This document shows positions 42,374 through 52,336 of a stretch of 248,000 nt of DNA, piece by piece. Every line of letters starts with the position of its first letter. The stretch's first letter is position 1. Source of the stretch: Hyalangium minutum (GTDB lineage: Bacteria > Myxococcota > Myxococcia > Myxococcales > Myxococcaceae); the NCBI RefSeq assembly GCF_000737315.1, contig NZ_JMCB01000006.1:20001-268000 (forward strand), given 5' to 3'. A program made the position numbers and the translations under genes. Under the pieces are notes generated by a model that had not been told where the DNA came from, made no database searches, and saw only the letters and a list, made by a program, of their open reading frames with translations.

Positions 42374-42621
42374 GGCTCGCCGGAGTGGGGGCTCCCGTGG
42401 GCCCGACCATAGCGCGGCCAGGGGCGATGCCTACTTCCTGACGAGCGGGAGCCACGGGTAGGCCCCCTTGCCCGGTAGGTATCCACTGTGGGCCCTCAGG
42501 TTCGGGCACGGGGACACGGTCCTGGGGGCACAGGTCGCGGGTCCCTCGGCTCGGTGCGGGGCCCCCCGTCAGCGGACGGGTCCTCCCGCACCGGCCGTCC
42601 CGCTCTCCCTCGGCTCACGGC

Positions 42622-44301
42622 TCAGTTCTTCGTCAGCGGCCGGTACCGGATGCGGTGCGGCTGCAGCGCCTCGGGCCCCAAGCGCTTCTTCTTGTCCGCC
42701 TCGTAGTCCTGGAAGTTGCCCTCGAAGAAGAACACCTTGCTGTCCCCCTCGAACGCCAGGATGTGCGTCGCGATGCGGTCCAGGAACCACCGGTCGTGGC
42801 TGATCACCACCGCGCACCCCGCGAAGTTCAGCAGCGCCTCCTCCAGGCTCCGCAGCGTCTCCACGTCCAGGTCGTTCGTCGGCTCGTCCAGCAGCAGCAG
42901 GTTGCCACCGCTCTTCAGCATCTTCGCCAGGTGCACCCGGTTGCGCTCGCCGCCCGACAGGTCCTTCACCCGCTTCTGCTGATCCTGACCCTTGAACGCG
43001 AACCCCGCCAGGTACGCACGGCTCGGCATCTGCCCCGCCCGTCCCAGGTCGATGTGGTCCAGCCCGCCGCTGACCTCCTCGAACACCGACTTGTCCCCAT
43101 TCAGCGCGTCACGGCTCTGGTCCACGTAGGCCAGCTTCACCGTCTCGCCCACCTTCAGCTCGCCCGCGTCCGGCTTCTCCACGCCCGTGATCATCCGGAA
43201 CAGCGTCGTCTTGCCCGCACCGTTCGGCCCAATCACGCCCACGATACCACCCGGCGGCAACTTGAAGTTCAGGTCCTCAACCAGCAGCCGGTCTCCGAAC
43301 GACTTGCGCAGCCCCTTCGCCTCCACCACCAGCCCGCCCAGCTTCGGCCCCGGCGGAATCGTCACCTCGCCGGTCGCATCGCGCTTCTCCTGCGTCTGGT
43401 TGACCAGATCCTCGTACGCCTGGATGCGCGCCTTGCTCTTGGCCTGACGCGCCTTCGGGCTCGCCCGCACCCACTCCAGCTCGCGCTTGAGCGTCTTCTG
43501 CCGGTGGCTCTCCGCCTTCTCCTCCAGCTCCAGCCGCTTCTGCTTCTGGTCCAGCCACGAGGAGTAGTTCCCCTTCCAGGGCACGCCCTCGCCCCGGTCC
43601 AGCTCCAGGATCCACTCCGCCACGTTGTCCAGGAAGTACCGGTCGTGAGTAATACTGACGATCGTCCCCTTGTAGTCCTTCAGCGCCTTCTCCAGCCACG
43701 CCACGCTCTCGGCATCCAGGTGGTTGGTGGGCTCGTCCAGCAACAGCAGGTCCGGCTTCTCCAGCAGGATGCGGCACAGCGCCACACGGCGCTTCTCACC
43801 GCCCGACAGCTTCGTCACGTCCGCATCGCCCGGCGGCAGCCGCAGCGAGTCCATCGCCATCTCGATGGTCCGGTCCAGCTCCCAGCCGTTCGCCGCATCA
43901 ATCGCGTCCTGCAGCTTGCCCTGCTCGGCCAGCAGCTTCTCCATCTCCGTGTCGCTCAAGGGCTCGCCGAACTTGGCGGACACCTCGTTGAAGCGATCCA
44001 TCAGGCCGCGGATCTCCTTCAGGCCCAGCTCCACGTTCCCCTTCACGTCCAGCGAAGCGTCGAGCTGGGGCTCCTGCGGCAGGAAGCCCACCTTCGCGCC
44101 CGGGTCCGGCTTGGCAATGCCGAAGAACTCCTTGTCCACCCCGGCCATGATGCGCAGCAGCGTGGACTTACCCGAGCCGTTCGGGCCGATGACGCCAATC
44201 TTCGCGCCCGGGAAGAAGGACAGGTAGATGCCCTTGAGGATGTCCTTCCCACCCTTGACCTTGCGCAGGTCCTGCATGGTGAAGATGAAGTTCTGGGCCA
44301 T
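42622..44301 (-). CDS. ettA: Energy-dependent translational throttle protein EttA (ABC-F)
   Basis: Two ABC domains, [12 protein letters not shown]-terminus, [16 protein letters not shown] linker. Confidence 0.96.
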   Translation of the reverse strand: MAQNFIFTMQDLRKVKGGKDILKGIYLSFFPGAKIGVIGPNGSGKSTLLRIMAGVDKEFFGIAKPDPGAKVGFLPQEPQLDASLDVKGNVELGLKEIRGLMDRFNEVSAKFGEPLSDTEMEKLLAEQGKLQDAIDAANGWELDRTIEMAMDSLRLPPGDADVTKLSGGEKRRVALCRILLEKPDLLLLDEPTNHLDAESVAWLEKALKDYKGTIVSITHDRYFLDNVAEWILELDRGEGVPWKGNYSSWLDQKQKRLELEEKAESHRQKTLKRELEWVRASPKARQAKSKARIQAYEDLVNQTQEKRDATGEVTIPPGPKLGGLVVEAKGLRKSFGDRLLVEDLNFKLPPGGIVGVIGPNGAGKTTLFRMITGVEKPDAGELKVGETVKLAYVDQSRDALNGDKSVFEEVSGGLDHIDLGRAGQMPSRAYLAGFAFKGQDQQKRVKDLSGGERNRVHLAKMLKSGGNLLLLDEPTNDLDVETLRSLEEALLNFAGCAVVISHDRWFLDRIATHILAFEGDSKVFFFEGNFQDYEADKKKRLGPEALQPHRIRYRPLTKN

Positions 44302-44402
44302 CGCGGGTTCGGTGCCTCCAAGTGACGACGTAGACGGTGGCGGATACTAAGGAGGGCCGCGCGGTGCAAGGAACTCTCCATGCCTCCGCCCTGCCCGAGT
44401 GC

Positions 44403-44918
44403 TCAGCGGCGCAGCCGCTCCCACAGGGACTCGGCGAGCATGTACGCGAAGTCCGCGTCCCCGAAGCGCACCAGATCCCCGTCCTGGACGTAATACTCCT
44501 TGTGGGCATCCAGGAGGTGCCCGTTCAGCTGCGTACCATTCATCGAGCCCAGGTCCACGATGGTGCTGGTGTCCGTCTGCCCGTGCCAGCTCAGCCGCGC
44601 GTGCTCCTTGGAGACGGACGGATCGTTGATGACCAAATCGCAACTCGGCAGGCGCCCCACCGAGAGCGAGTCCACGCTGCGCAGCGGCGGCAGCGTGGCG
44701 ACAATCAGCTCGTCGAAGCGCAGCATCACCGCCAGCTGCATGGCCTCCAGGCTGGGGCCCGTGGCCGCCATGGTGCTCTGCGCCCCCATGCGCATCGCCA
44801 TCTGCTCCACCACCGGCCGCGGCGGCTTCTGCACCAGCACGAAGGGACCAATCTGATTGCAGAAGAACGCCTCGGTCAGCCGCGAGGCCAGCGACCGCAA
44901 TTCCCGGACATTGAGCAT
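44403..44918 (-). CDS. FHA domain protein
   Basis: VGR..CDLVINDPSVSKEHA, DLGSMNGT. Confidence 0.9.
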   Translation of the reverse strand: MLNVRELRSLASRLTEAFFCNQIGPFVLVQKPPRPVVEQMAMRMGAQSTMAATGPSLEAMQLAVMLRFDELIVATLPPLRSVDSLSVGRLPSCDLVINDPSVSKEHARLSWHGQTDTSTIVDLGSMNGTQLNGHLLDAHKEYYVQDGDLVRFGDADFAYMLAESLWERLRR

Positions 44919-44984
44919 GGCGCGCGCAGTCTAGCGCGGCGAGGGATGACCACCACTCCCAGAGGTGCTAAGCCCGCCTCCGCC

Positions 44985-45917
44985 ATGTCCTCGCCCGTCC
45001 TGGAGCTGCAGGGGCTCACCAAGTCCTATGCCAAGCTCACCGCGCTCTCCGACGTGAACCTCTCCATCCGCCAGGGTGAAATCTTCGCCCTGCTGGGCCC
45101 CAATGGAGCAGGCAAGACGACACTCATCGGCTCCATCTGCGGCCTGGTGAAGAAGACCAGCGGCCGCATCCTCCTGTTCGGCAAGGATCTGGACCAGGAC
45201 CCCGTGGGCCCTCGCTATGACGTGGGCCTCGTCCCCCAGGAGATCAACTTCGACCCCTTCTTCTCCGTCGCCGAGTCCCTCCGCATCCAGCTCGGCTACT
45301 ACGGCCGCCCCCGCGACGACGCCCGCGTGGACGAGGTGCTCACCGCCCTCAACCTCCAGGCCAAGAAGAACTCCCTCACCCGTGCCCTCTCGGGCGGCAT
45401 GAAGCGCCGCCTCCTCATCGCCAAGGCCCTGGTGCACAAGCCGAAGCTCGTCTTCCTCGACGAGCCCACCGCCGGCGTGGACGTGGAGCTGCGCCGCGAC
45501 CTGTGGACCTACGTGCGCAAGCTGGCCTCCGAGGGCACCACCGTCATCCTCACCACGCACTACTTGGAGGAGGCCGAGGAGCTCGCCGACCGCGTGGGCG
45601 TCATCAACGAGGGGCGCCTGCTGCTGGTGGAGGACAAGGCCTCGGTGATGCGCCGCTTCGGCGAGCGCCGCCTCGTGGTCACCTTCGAGCAGCCCCTGGC
45701 CGAGCTGCCCGAGGCCACCCGCCGCTTCAACGCCACCCTCTCCGAGGACCGCCGCACCCTCGCCTATATCGAGCGCGAGGGCACGCCCCCCTCCGGAGAG
45801 CTGCTGCGCGCCCTCTACGCCCAGGGCCTGCCCATCTCCGATGTGGAGACGCGGCGCTCGCGCCTGGAGGACGTCCTCATCGAAATCCTGCGAGGCCGCC
45901 CCCAGAAGGCTGCCTGA
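44985..45917 (+). CDS. ABC-2 type transporter ATP-binding protein
   Basis: [24 protein letters not shown]. Confidence 0.92.
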   Translation: MSSPVLELQGLTKSYAKLTALSDVNLSIRQGEIFALLGPNGAGKTTLIGSICGLVKKTSGRILLFGKDLDQDPVGPRYDVGLVPQEINFDPFFSVAESLRIQLGYYGRPRDDARVDEVLTALNLQAKKNSLTRALSGGMKRRLLIAKALVHKPKLVFLDEPTAGVDVELRRDLWTYVRKLASEGTTVILTTHYLEEAEELADRVGVINEGRLLLVEDKASVMRRFGERRLVVTFEQPLAELPEATRRFNATLSEDRRTLAYIEREGTPPSGELLRALYAQGLPISDVETRRSRLEDVLIEILRGRPQKAA

Positions 45918-45926
45918 GCCAACGCC

Positions 45927-46688
45927 ATGAACACCCTTGGGATGAAGACGCTGTTCGAGAAGGAGGTCCGCCGCTTCATGCGCGTGCCGGGCCAGACCGT
46001 CCTCTCGCCGCTCATCAGCACCACGCTGTATTTCATCGTCTTCGGCTACTCCATCTCCTCGCGCGTCCACGAAGTGGAGGGCGTGCCGTACCTGCCCTTC
46101 ATCGTCCCGGGCCTCATCTTCCTGGGCATCGCCAACAACGCGTTCCTCAACTCCAGCTCCTCGCTCTTCATCACCAAGATTCAGGGCACGGTGGTGGACC
46201 TGCTCGTAGCCCCCCTGGGCCCCGGCGAGCTGATGGCCGGCTTCATTGGCGGCGCCATGGTGCGCGGGCTCGTGGTGGGCGCGCTCACCTGGGCCGTGGC
46301 CGCCATCTTCACCGGCTTCAGCCTCCAGCACGCCGTGGTGGCCGCCTACTTCCTGTTCATCGCCTCCTACGTCTTCAGCGTGCTGGGAATGCTGGCGGCC
46401 ATCTGGGCCGAGAAGTTCGAGCAGATCAACTTCTTCCCCACCTTCGTGATGATGCCGCTCACCTTCCTGGGTGGCGTCTTCTACTCGGTGCGCGAGCTGC
46501 CCTCGCCCTGGAACCAGATCAGCCTCTTCAACCCCATGGTCTATATGGTGGAGGGACTGCGCTATGGCATGCTGGGCCGCAGCATCTTTCCCCCCGCGCT
46601 GGGAGGTGGCATCCTGGCCGTCCTGGCCGTGGCTGCCACCCTGGTGGTCTACCTGGCGCTGCGCTCCGGCTACAAGATGAAGGCCTGA
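45927..46688 (+). CDS. ABC-2 type transporter permease (YadH-like)
   Basis: Six TM, FLGGVFY, NPMVYMVEGLRY. Confidence 0.9.
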   Translation: MNTLGMKTLFEKEVRRFMRVPGQTVLSPLISTTLYFIVFGYSISSRVHEVEGVPYLPFIVPGLIFLGIANNAFLNSSSSLFITKIQGTVVDLLVAPLGPGELMAGFIGGAMVRGLVVGALTWAVAAIFTGFSLQHAVVAAYFLFIASYVFSVLGMLAAIWAEKFEQINFFPTFVMMPLTFLGGVFYSVRELPSPWNQISLFNPMVYMVEGLRYGMLGRSIFPPALGGGILAVLAVAATLVVYLALRSGYKMKA

Positions 46689-46810
46689 CACCTGCCCACA
46701 GCGGGTTGAGGGCCACAGGACAATTCGCCTGGTTGCTCCCTCTTCTGGCCAGGGAACGGAAAGACGGGCTTTCACGTCGTACCCTGGCTCAGGGTATCTT
46801 AGAAAACGAG

Positions 46811-48436
46811 ATGGCTGTCCCCTTCGGGAAGTACGAACTGCTTCGTAAGATCGCCTCGGGCGGCATGGGCCAGGTGTTCCTGGCGCGTGAGCGCAGCTCG
46901 GTCGAGCGGCTGGTCGTGCTCAAGCTCATCCTCCCCCACCTGGCCGAGGACGATGAGTTCCTCACCATGTTCCTGGAGGAGGCGCGGCTGGTCGCCCGGC
47001 TCCAGCACCCCAACCTCGTCACCATCCTGGACCTGCAGGAGGTGGAGGGGCGCCACTGTCTGGCCATGGAGTACGTGCAGGGCGATGACGTGCGGCGGCT
47101 GGACAAGCAGTCCCGGCTGAAGGGGCGGCTGCTGCCCGCGGGGCTGGTGCTGCGCGTCATCTCCGAGGCCGCCGCGGGGCTCGACTACGCGCACAAGGCC
47201 CGTGACGCACAGGGCCAGCCGCTGAAGCTGGTTCACCGGGATGTCTCTCCGCAGAACATCCTCGTGGGCTTCGACGGGGCGGTGAAGATCATCGACTTCG
47301 GCGTGGCGAAGGCGGCCGGCAGCGGCCACCACACCGCCACCGGGGTGCTCAAGGGCAAGTATCCTTATATGTCCCCGGAGCAGGCCTCGGGGCAGGCCAT
47401 CGACGGGCGCAGCGATCAGTTCGCGCTGGGCGTGGTGATGTGGGAGCTGCTCACGGGCCGCCGCCTCTTCAAGGGCGAGTCGGACATGATGACGCTGCGC
47501 CTGGTGAAGGACTGCCAGGTGCCGAAGCCCTCGCAGATCAACCCCAAGCTGCCGCCGGGGCTGGACGAGGTGGTGCTGCGGGCGCTGGCGACCACGCCGG
47601 ACAAGCGGTACCCGGACTGCGGCGCGCTCCGGCTCGCGCTCGAGGACTACATCATCCAGCTGCGGCTGCCGGCCAGCACCGCGCACCTGTCCGCCTTCCT
47701 GCGCGAGCTGTACGCGGACCGCATCGCCGCGGAGTCGGATCCGGCCAAGCTGGACCAGCTGGCCGAGGACACGGACCTGGACACGAAGGACAAGTCCAAC
47801 CCCTCGCGCATCGACTCGTTGGGGTCGCCGGGCCACCGGCCCACGCCCTCGCGCGTGTCGATGCCCAGCATGCGCTCCCGGCATTCCGTGGAGGCCCTGG
47901 TGGGGCCCGCGCCCGGACACCGGCAGGAGTCCACCCGGGGCACCCAGCCGCTGGGCCGTCCCACGCCCCAGCGCCGCTTCCCCCTCATCCCCGTGGTAGT
48001 GAGCAGCGCGGCGCTGCTCGTCATCGCCGGGGCCGCGCTCGTCTACTTCACCCAGAAACCGGACGCTTCCCAGCCGCCCCCCGTGGTGGCCAACCCACCG
48101 ATGAAGCCGGTGGAGCCGCCCCCCGTGCCGCGCCCGCAGACCGCCGCTCCGCTCAAGGTGGAGCTGGTGCTCAAGTCCGAGCCCACCGGCGCGGCGGTGC
48201 AGCTCGCGGGCAAGCCGCTCGGGGTGACACCGGTAACGCTGGCCGTGGCACCCGAGGAAGCCCCCCTGGAGGTGACGCTGTCGCTGGACGGGTATGAGCC
48301 GCTGACGCGCCACGTGTCCGCCGCGAACGCGCCCAGCCTGATGCTCGCGCTGGAGCGGCGCGCCGCGCCCACGAAGCCGCCCACCAACGGCACCTCCAAG
48401 AAGCCGCCGCCCAGCTACATCAAGAAGGGCCGCTGA
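46811..48436 (+). CDS. Ser/Thr protein kinase with TM and PEGA domain
   Basis: HRDVSPQN, DFGVAK, YMSPEQ; C-terminal TM and PEGA. Confidence 0.95.
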   Translation: MAVPFGKYELLRKIASGGMGQVFLARERSSVERLVVLKLILPHLAEDDEFLTMFLEEARLVARLQHPNLVTILDLQEVEGRHCLAMEYVQGDDVRRLDKQSRLKGRLLPAGLVLRVISEAAAGLDYAHKARDAQGQPLKLVHRDVSPQNILVGFDGAVKIIDFGVAKAAGSGHHTATGVLKGKYPYMSPEQASGQAIDGRSDQFALGVVMWELLTGRRLFKGESDMMTLRLVKDCQVPKPSQINPKLPPGLDEVVLRALATTPDKRYPDCGALRLALEDYIIQLRLPASTAHLSAFLRELYADRIAAESDPAKLDQLAEDTDLDTKDKSNPSRIDSLGSPGHRPTPSRVSMPSMRSRHSVEALVGPAPGHRQESTRGTQPLGRPTPQRRFPLIPVVVSSAALLVIAGAALVYFTQKPDASQPPPVVANPPMKPVEPPPVPRPQTAAPLKVELVLKSEPTGAAVQLAGKPLGVTPVTLAVAPEEAPLEVTLSLDGYEPLTRHVSAANAPSLMLALERRAAPTKPPTNGTSKKPPPSYIKKGR

Positions 48437-48474
48437 GCCCGCAGGGCTCAGGGCTGCTCCGGTGGGGTGGCGGT

Positions 48475-50499
48475 TCAGATGCGCGGTGGCGCCTGGGACA
48501 CCAGCCTGCGGATGAGCTCCGGCTCGAACGGCTTGTCGATGCGTGGGTGTGAGGAGCTCTGCAGGAAGGCCCGGGCCCGCGCCGTGAAGCCCCCGCCCGT
48601 CATGAAGACGAGCCGCGGCAGGCACTCGGGGTGGTGCTTCGCCAGCTCGGCGTGGACGTCCATGCCCGTCAGGTCCGTCATCATCAAGTCGCAGAAGATG
48701 CGGTCGAAGTCCGTGTCGCGCTCCAGCAGCGCGAGCGCCTCGCGGCCGCTGGCGGTCACCACCACCTCGTTGCCCCGGCCGATGATGCGCCGCATGACGG
48801 AGGCAATGCCCGCCTCGTCGTCGATGATGAGCACGCGCTTGCCCTGAACCGGCGGCGCCTCCAGCACGGAGGCCAGCGAGGGCACCACGTCCCCGCTCGC
48901 CGAACCCCGGGTGGGCAGCACCACGCGGAACGTGCTCCCCTTGCCCGGCATGCTGGCCGCCGTCAGCTCCCCGCGCAGCGCCTTGATGATGCCGTGGCAG
49001 ATGGACAGCCCCAGCCCGGTGCCCTCGCCCTGGGCCTTGGTGGTGAAGAAGGGCTCGAAGGCGCGCGTCAGCACGTCCGGCGTCATCCCCATGCCCGTGT
49101 CCGTCACCTCCACCACCACGTGCTCATCCCTCGCGTACGTGTTGAGCACGATGCGGTGGTGCGTCGAGTCCCCCTCGGGGATGGCCTGCGCCGCGTTGAT
49201 GAGCAGGTTGAGGAACACCTGCCCCAGCTTGGCCTCGTTGGCCCACACCGGGGCCACGTTGCCGTAGCACTTCACCACCTGCGCGCGGTAGCGGATGTGG
49301 TTCATCGCCATGGAGAGGCTGAACTCCAGCGCCGCGTGCACGTCCACCTGCTTCAGCTGCGCGTCATCTCCCCGGGCGAACGTCTTCAAGTCCCGGACAA
49401 TGCCGCGGATGCGCTCGGCGCCCTCGCGGGCCTCCGCCAACGCCTCGGCCGTCTCCTCGATCGCCTTGCGCGCCTCCACCTGCGGCAGCGCCTGGAGCTG
49501 CTCCAGCGCGAAGTGGATGTTGCCCATCACGAAGGACAGCGGGTTGTTGATTTCATGCCCCACGCCCGCGGCGAGCTGGCCCGCCACCGCCAGCTTCTCC
49601 GACTGCACGAGCTTCTCCCGGGCCGCGAGCAGCTCCCGCGCGCGCTGCCGCGCCAGCTCCTCCGCCTCCAGGCGGCCCGAGTGCTCGCGGTTGAGCAGCG
49701 CGTCCCGCTCCTGCTCCGCCTTCTTCTTCTCATTGATGTCGCGGAAGAAGATGGCGATGCCGTTGCCGGACGGGTACGCGTGCACCTCGAACCAGCGGCC
49801 GCGCGAGAACTCCATCTCGAAGACGGTGGAGACGCGCTCCGCCATGACTCGCCGGTACTCGCGCTCGGCGATGGTGCCCATCAGCTCGGGGCTGGTGCTC
49901 CAGATGTCGCGGCCGAAGAGCTTCTCGCGCGGCTTGCCCGTCAGCAGCAGCGCGTTGCGGTTGATGTACGTGTAGCGCCAGTGCGCATCCACGGAGAAGA
50001 AGCCCTCGGGCAGGTTCTCCAGCAGCTCCACCAGCTTGTCGCGCGTCTCGCGCAGCCCCGTCTCCGCGCGCCGGGCGGCGGTGATGTCGCGCAGCCGCAC
50101 CAGCACGCCGTCTCGGAAGCGCGCCACGGTGGCCTGGAGCCACCCGTCGAACCCATCACATGCGTGAGGAAACACCTGCTGGCACGACTGGCCTGTCTCC
50201 ACCACTTGATGGAAGGCCTCGAACTGTCCCGCGAGCCCCAGCTCCGGCGGCACCTCGTGCAGCTTGTGCCCCACCAGGCTGCCCACGTGCCAGCTCAGCG
50301 TGCGCTCCGCGGCGGCGTTCGCGTAGATCCACTCGAAGTCGATCAGCGTGCCCTCTTCATCCCGCAGCGCGCGCAGCGCCATGCTGCCCTCGGGATGCGT
50401 GTTCTCCACCTCCGCCAGCACGCGGAGCACTTCGTCTCCTTCCCACTGGCGGGACCCCCTCAGGACCTTCGAGGGCTCGATGAATGCGGGCTTGGGCAT
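48475..50499 (-). CDS. PAS hybrid histidine kinase/response regulator
   Basis: GHEINNPL, EPFFTTK, receiver IIDDE..CDLMM. Confidence 0.93.
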   Translation of the reverse strand: MPKPAFIEPSKVLRGSRQWEGDEVLRVLAEVENTHPEGSMALRALRDEEGTLIDFEWIYANAAAERTLSWHVGSLVGHKLHEVPPELGLAGQFEAFHQVVETGQSCQQVFPHACDGFDGWLQATVARFRDGVLVRLRDITAARRAETGLRETRDKLVELLENLPEGFFSVDAHWRYTYINRNALLLTGKPREKLFGRDIWSTSPELMGTIAEREYRRVMAERVSTVFEMEFSRGRWFEVHAYPSGNGIAIFFRDINEKKKAEQERDALLNREHSGRLEAEELARQRARELLAAREKLVQSEKLAVAGQLAAGVGHEINNPLSFVMGNIHFALEQLQALPQVEARKAIEETAEALAEAREGAERIRGIVRDLKTFARGDDAQLKQVDVHAALEFSLSMAMNHIRYRAQVVKCYGNVAPVWANEAKLGQVFLNLLINAAQAIPEGDSTHHRIVLNTYARDEHVVVEVTDTGMGMTPDVLTRAFEPFFTTKAQGEGTGLGLSICHGIIKALRGELTAASMPGKGSTFRVVLPTRGSASGDVVPSLASVLEAPPVQGKRVLIIDDEAGIASVMRRIIGRGNEVVVTASGREALALLERDTDFDRIFCDLMMTDLTGMDVHAELAKHHPECLPRLVFMTGGGFTARARAFLQSSSHPRIDKPFEPELIRRLVSQAPPRI

Positions 50500-50712
50500 G
50501 CCTGAGGTCCTCCAACGCGTGGCGGCCAGACCGTGGACCAGAAGCCGGGGCCGTGGCTTCCGCCGCACGCAGCAGCTTACTCGCTTGGCTGACTCAGTAC
50601 AGACTCCGCACCCGCTCGAAGAACCCGCCGGTGAACAGCGTAACGGCGCGGAGAATCAGAATTCCCCGCGCCGTCTTTCCTCACTGATACAGGATTGCGT
50701 TGATCCGAACAG

Positions 50713-52131
50713 CTACGGCTGGATCTCGCGCACGCTCATCCACTTGAAGTCGACGTCGCTCGCGCTGTCCCAACGGAATGTTGCAATTGGGCCACCCCAC
50801 GTCATCGGCATGGCGGGATTGGAAGCTCCGCACTTACCGTGGTCGCCACCCCAGTCGCCCGCGTCCGTCATGTCGTAGATCTTCTTCCAGGTGACCTTGT
50901 CGGCGTTCTCGTTGAGGTACAGCTCGAGCTTCACGGCCGTCTTGCCGCCCGCGGTGACGTTGCGCATGACCGCCTTGAAGCCAACCCAGCGGCCCTTGAG
51001 CGAGCTGGTGGCGGGCTTGTACGGGGCCTGCTCGTAGCTGACGTGCCACGACTCCTTCTGCCAGCGCGTGCGCCCGTCATAGTGCAGCGCGCCCTTGTAC
51101 GAGGAGCCCTCGCACGGCACCGAGTCGTTGTGCTTGCCGCCGCGCGCGTACCAGTCGAAGTTGTCCGCCATGTCCGAGGCTGCGTTGAGCTTCACGAAGC
51201 CCGTCATCTCGATGTTCTTCCAGTCGTTGGCTGCCAGCATGTAGCCCTTGCTGGTCATCTGGTCCCGGTTGTACGTGGGGATCTTCCCCGCGCCGTAGCC
51301 GGTGGAGGTGAAGACGGACATGCGCACCTGGGTGGCCTTGATCTTCCAGGAGCCGTCCGCGTTCTTGGTGATGGGGTTCTGCGGATCGAAGCGAGAGTCC
51401 TTCGTCGGGTCCGCCGCCATCGCCCAGCTCTCACCGCCCGACTTCGTGGGGTAGATCATCGTCACACCGAACCCGTCCTTGCCCCCGGCGGGCGGAGTCG
51501 GGTCCGTCGGCGGAGTCGGGTCCGTCGGCGGAGCCGGGTCCGTCGGCGGAGTCGGGTCCGTCGGCGGAGTCGGCTCGGAGGTGCCGCCGCACCCGAGCAC
51601 GCGCATCTCGGAGATGCTGGCCCAGTTGTTGGTCGTGTTGCCTTTCACGGTGACCCTCACGTAGCGCGCGGGGGCAGCGGTGAAGGTGATGCGCTGCGCC
51701 TGATCCGAGCGGGCGCTCCGATTCGCGGCGACGTTGTAATAGGTGCTGCCATCGCGCGAGGTGGCCACCTCGTAGTTGTAGTTGCGCGTGGCGCCGCTGT
51801 GCCAGGTGACGTCCACAGCGCCCACCTGCTTCTCGGCGCCGAGATCCGCACGAATCCAGCAGCCGCTTCCATTGCAGGACCAGCGGGTGTCCGGTTTGCC
51901 GTCGAGCACGTTGGAGGGGACGTTGCCGTCATCTGCCTTGGCGGTGACGGCGGTGATGGGGACGTTCGTCGAGCAGGTGGTCTGGGCCCGCGCCGGAGTG
52001 GCGAGAGCCATCAGGGATAACACGCTGAGTGAGGGGATCAGCGCTCCGGAGAGGCGGCGCCAGGGGAGAGACTTCTTCGATCCGATCAAGTTCTGTGTTC
52101 CTCGGGTGAGGCCGCAGCTCCGCCTGCCCAC
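50713..52131 (-). CDS. Secreted F5/8 (CBM32) domain plus carbohydrate-active-like domain
   Basis: NVLDG..TRWS F5/8 motif, PT-rich linker, C-domain YARGGKH..GSSYKG; start approximate. Confidence 0.75.
   Translation of the reverse strand: MGRRSCGLTRGTQNLIGSKKSLPWRRLSGALIPSLSVLSLMALATPARAQTTCSTNVPITAVTAKADDGNVPSNVLDGKPDTRWSCNGSGCWIRADLGAEKQVGAVDVTWHSGATRNYNYEVATSRDGSTYYNVAANRSARSDQAQRITFTAAPARYVRVTVKGNTTNNWASISEMRVLGCGGTSEPTPPTDPTPPTDPAPPTDPTPPTDPTPPAGGKDGFGVTMIYPTKSGGESWAMAADPTKDSRFDPQNPITKNADGSWKIKATQVRMSVFTSTGYGAGKIPTYNRDQMTSKGYMLAANDWKNIEMTGFVKLNAASDMADNFDWYARGGKHNDSVPCEGSSYKGALHYDGRTRWQKESWHVSYEQAPYKPATSSLKGRWVGFKAVMRNVTAGGKTAVKLELYLNENADKVTWKKIYDMTDAGDWGGDHGKCGASNPAMPMTWGGPIATFRWDSASDVDFKWMSVREIQP
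51491..51573. repeat. 18-bp tandem repeat encoding PTDPTP linker
   Basis: ggcggagtcgggtccgtc x4 plus partial. Confidence 0.9.
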
Positions 52132-52336
52132 TCCTAGAGGACTCCTGGAGCAGAGCGAGCACGGCTGACCGCGGCTGCGTTGTCGTCAGTGTCCCGCCAC
52201 AAGCGGAGAGCTCTCGCTCACCCGCTCATGACAGAACGCGTCGTTGCTGCAGTCCCGAGTACCGGATGTATTTTTGCTTTCTTCCCAAGCCGCGCGCGCG
52301 GTGTCTCTCGCCTGGAAGGTGGGTCCGGTGTGCGAC

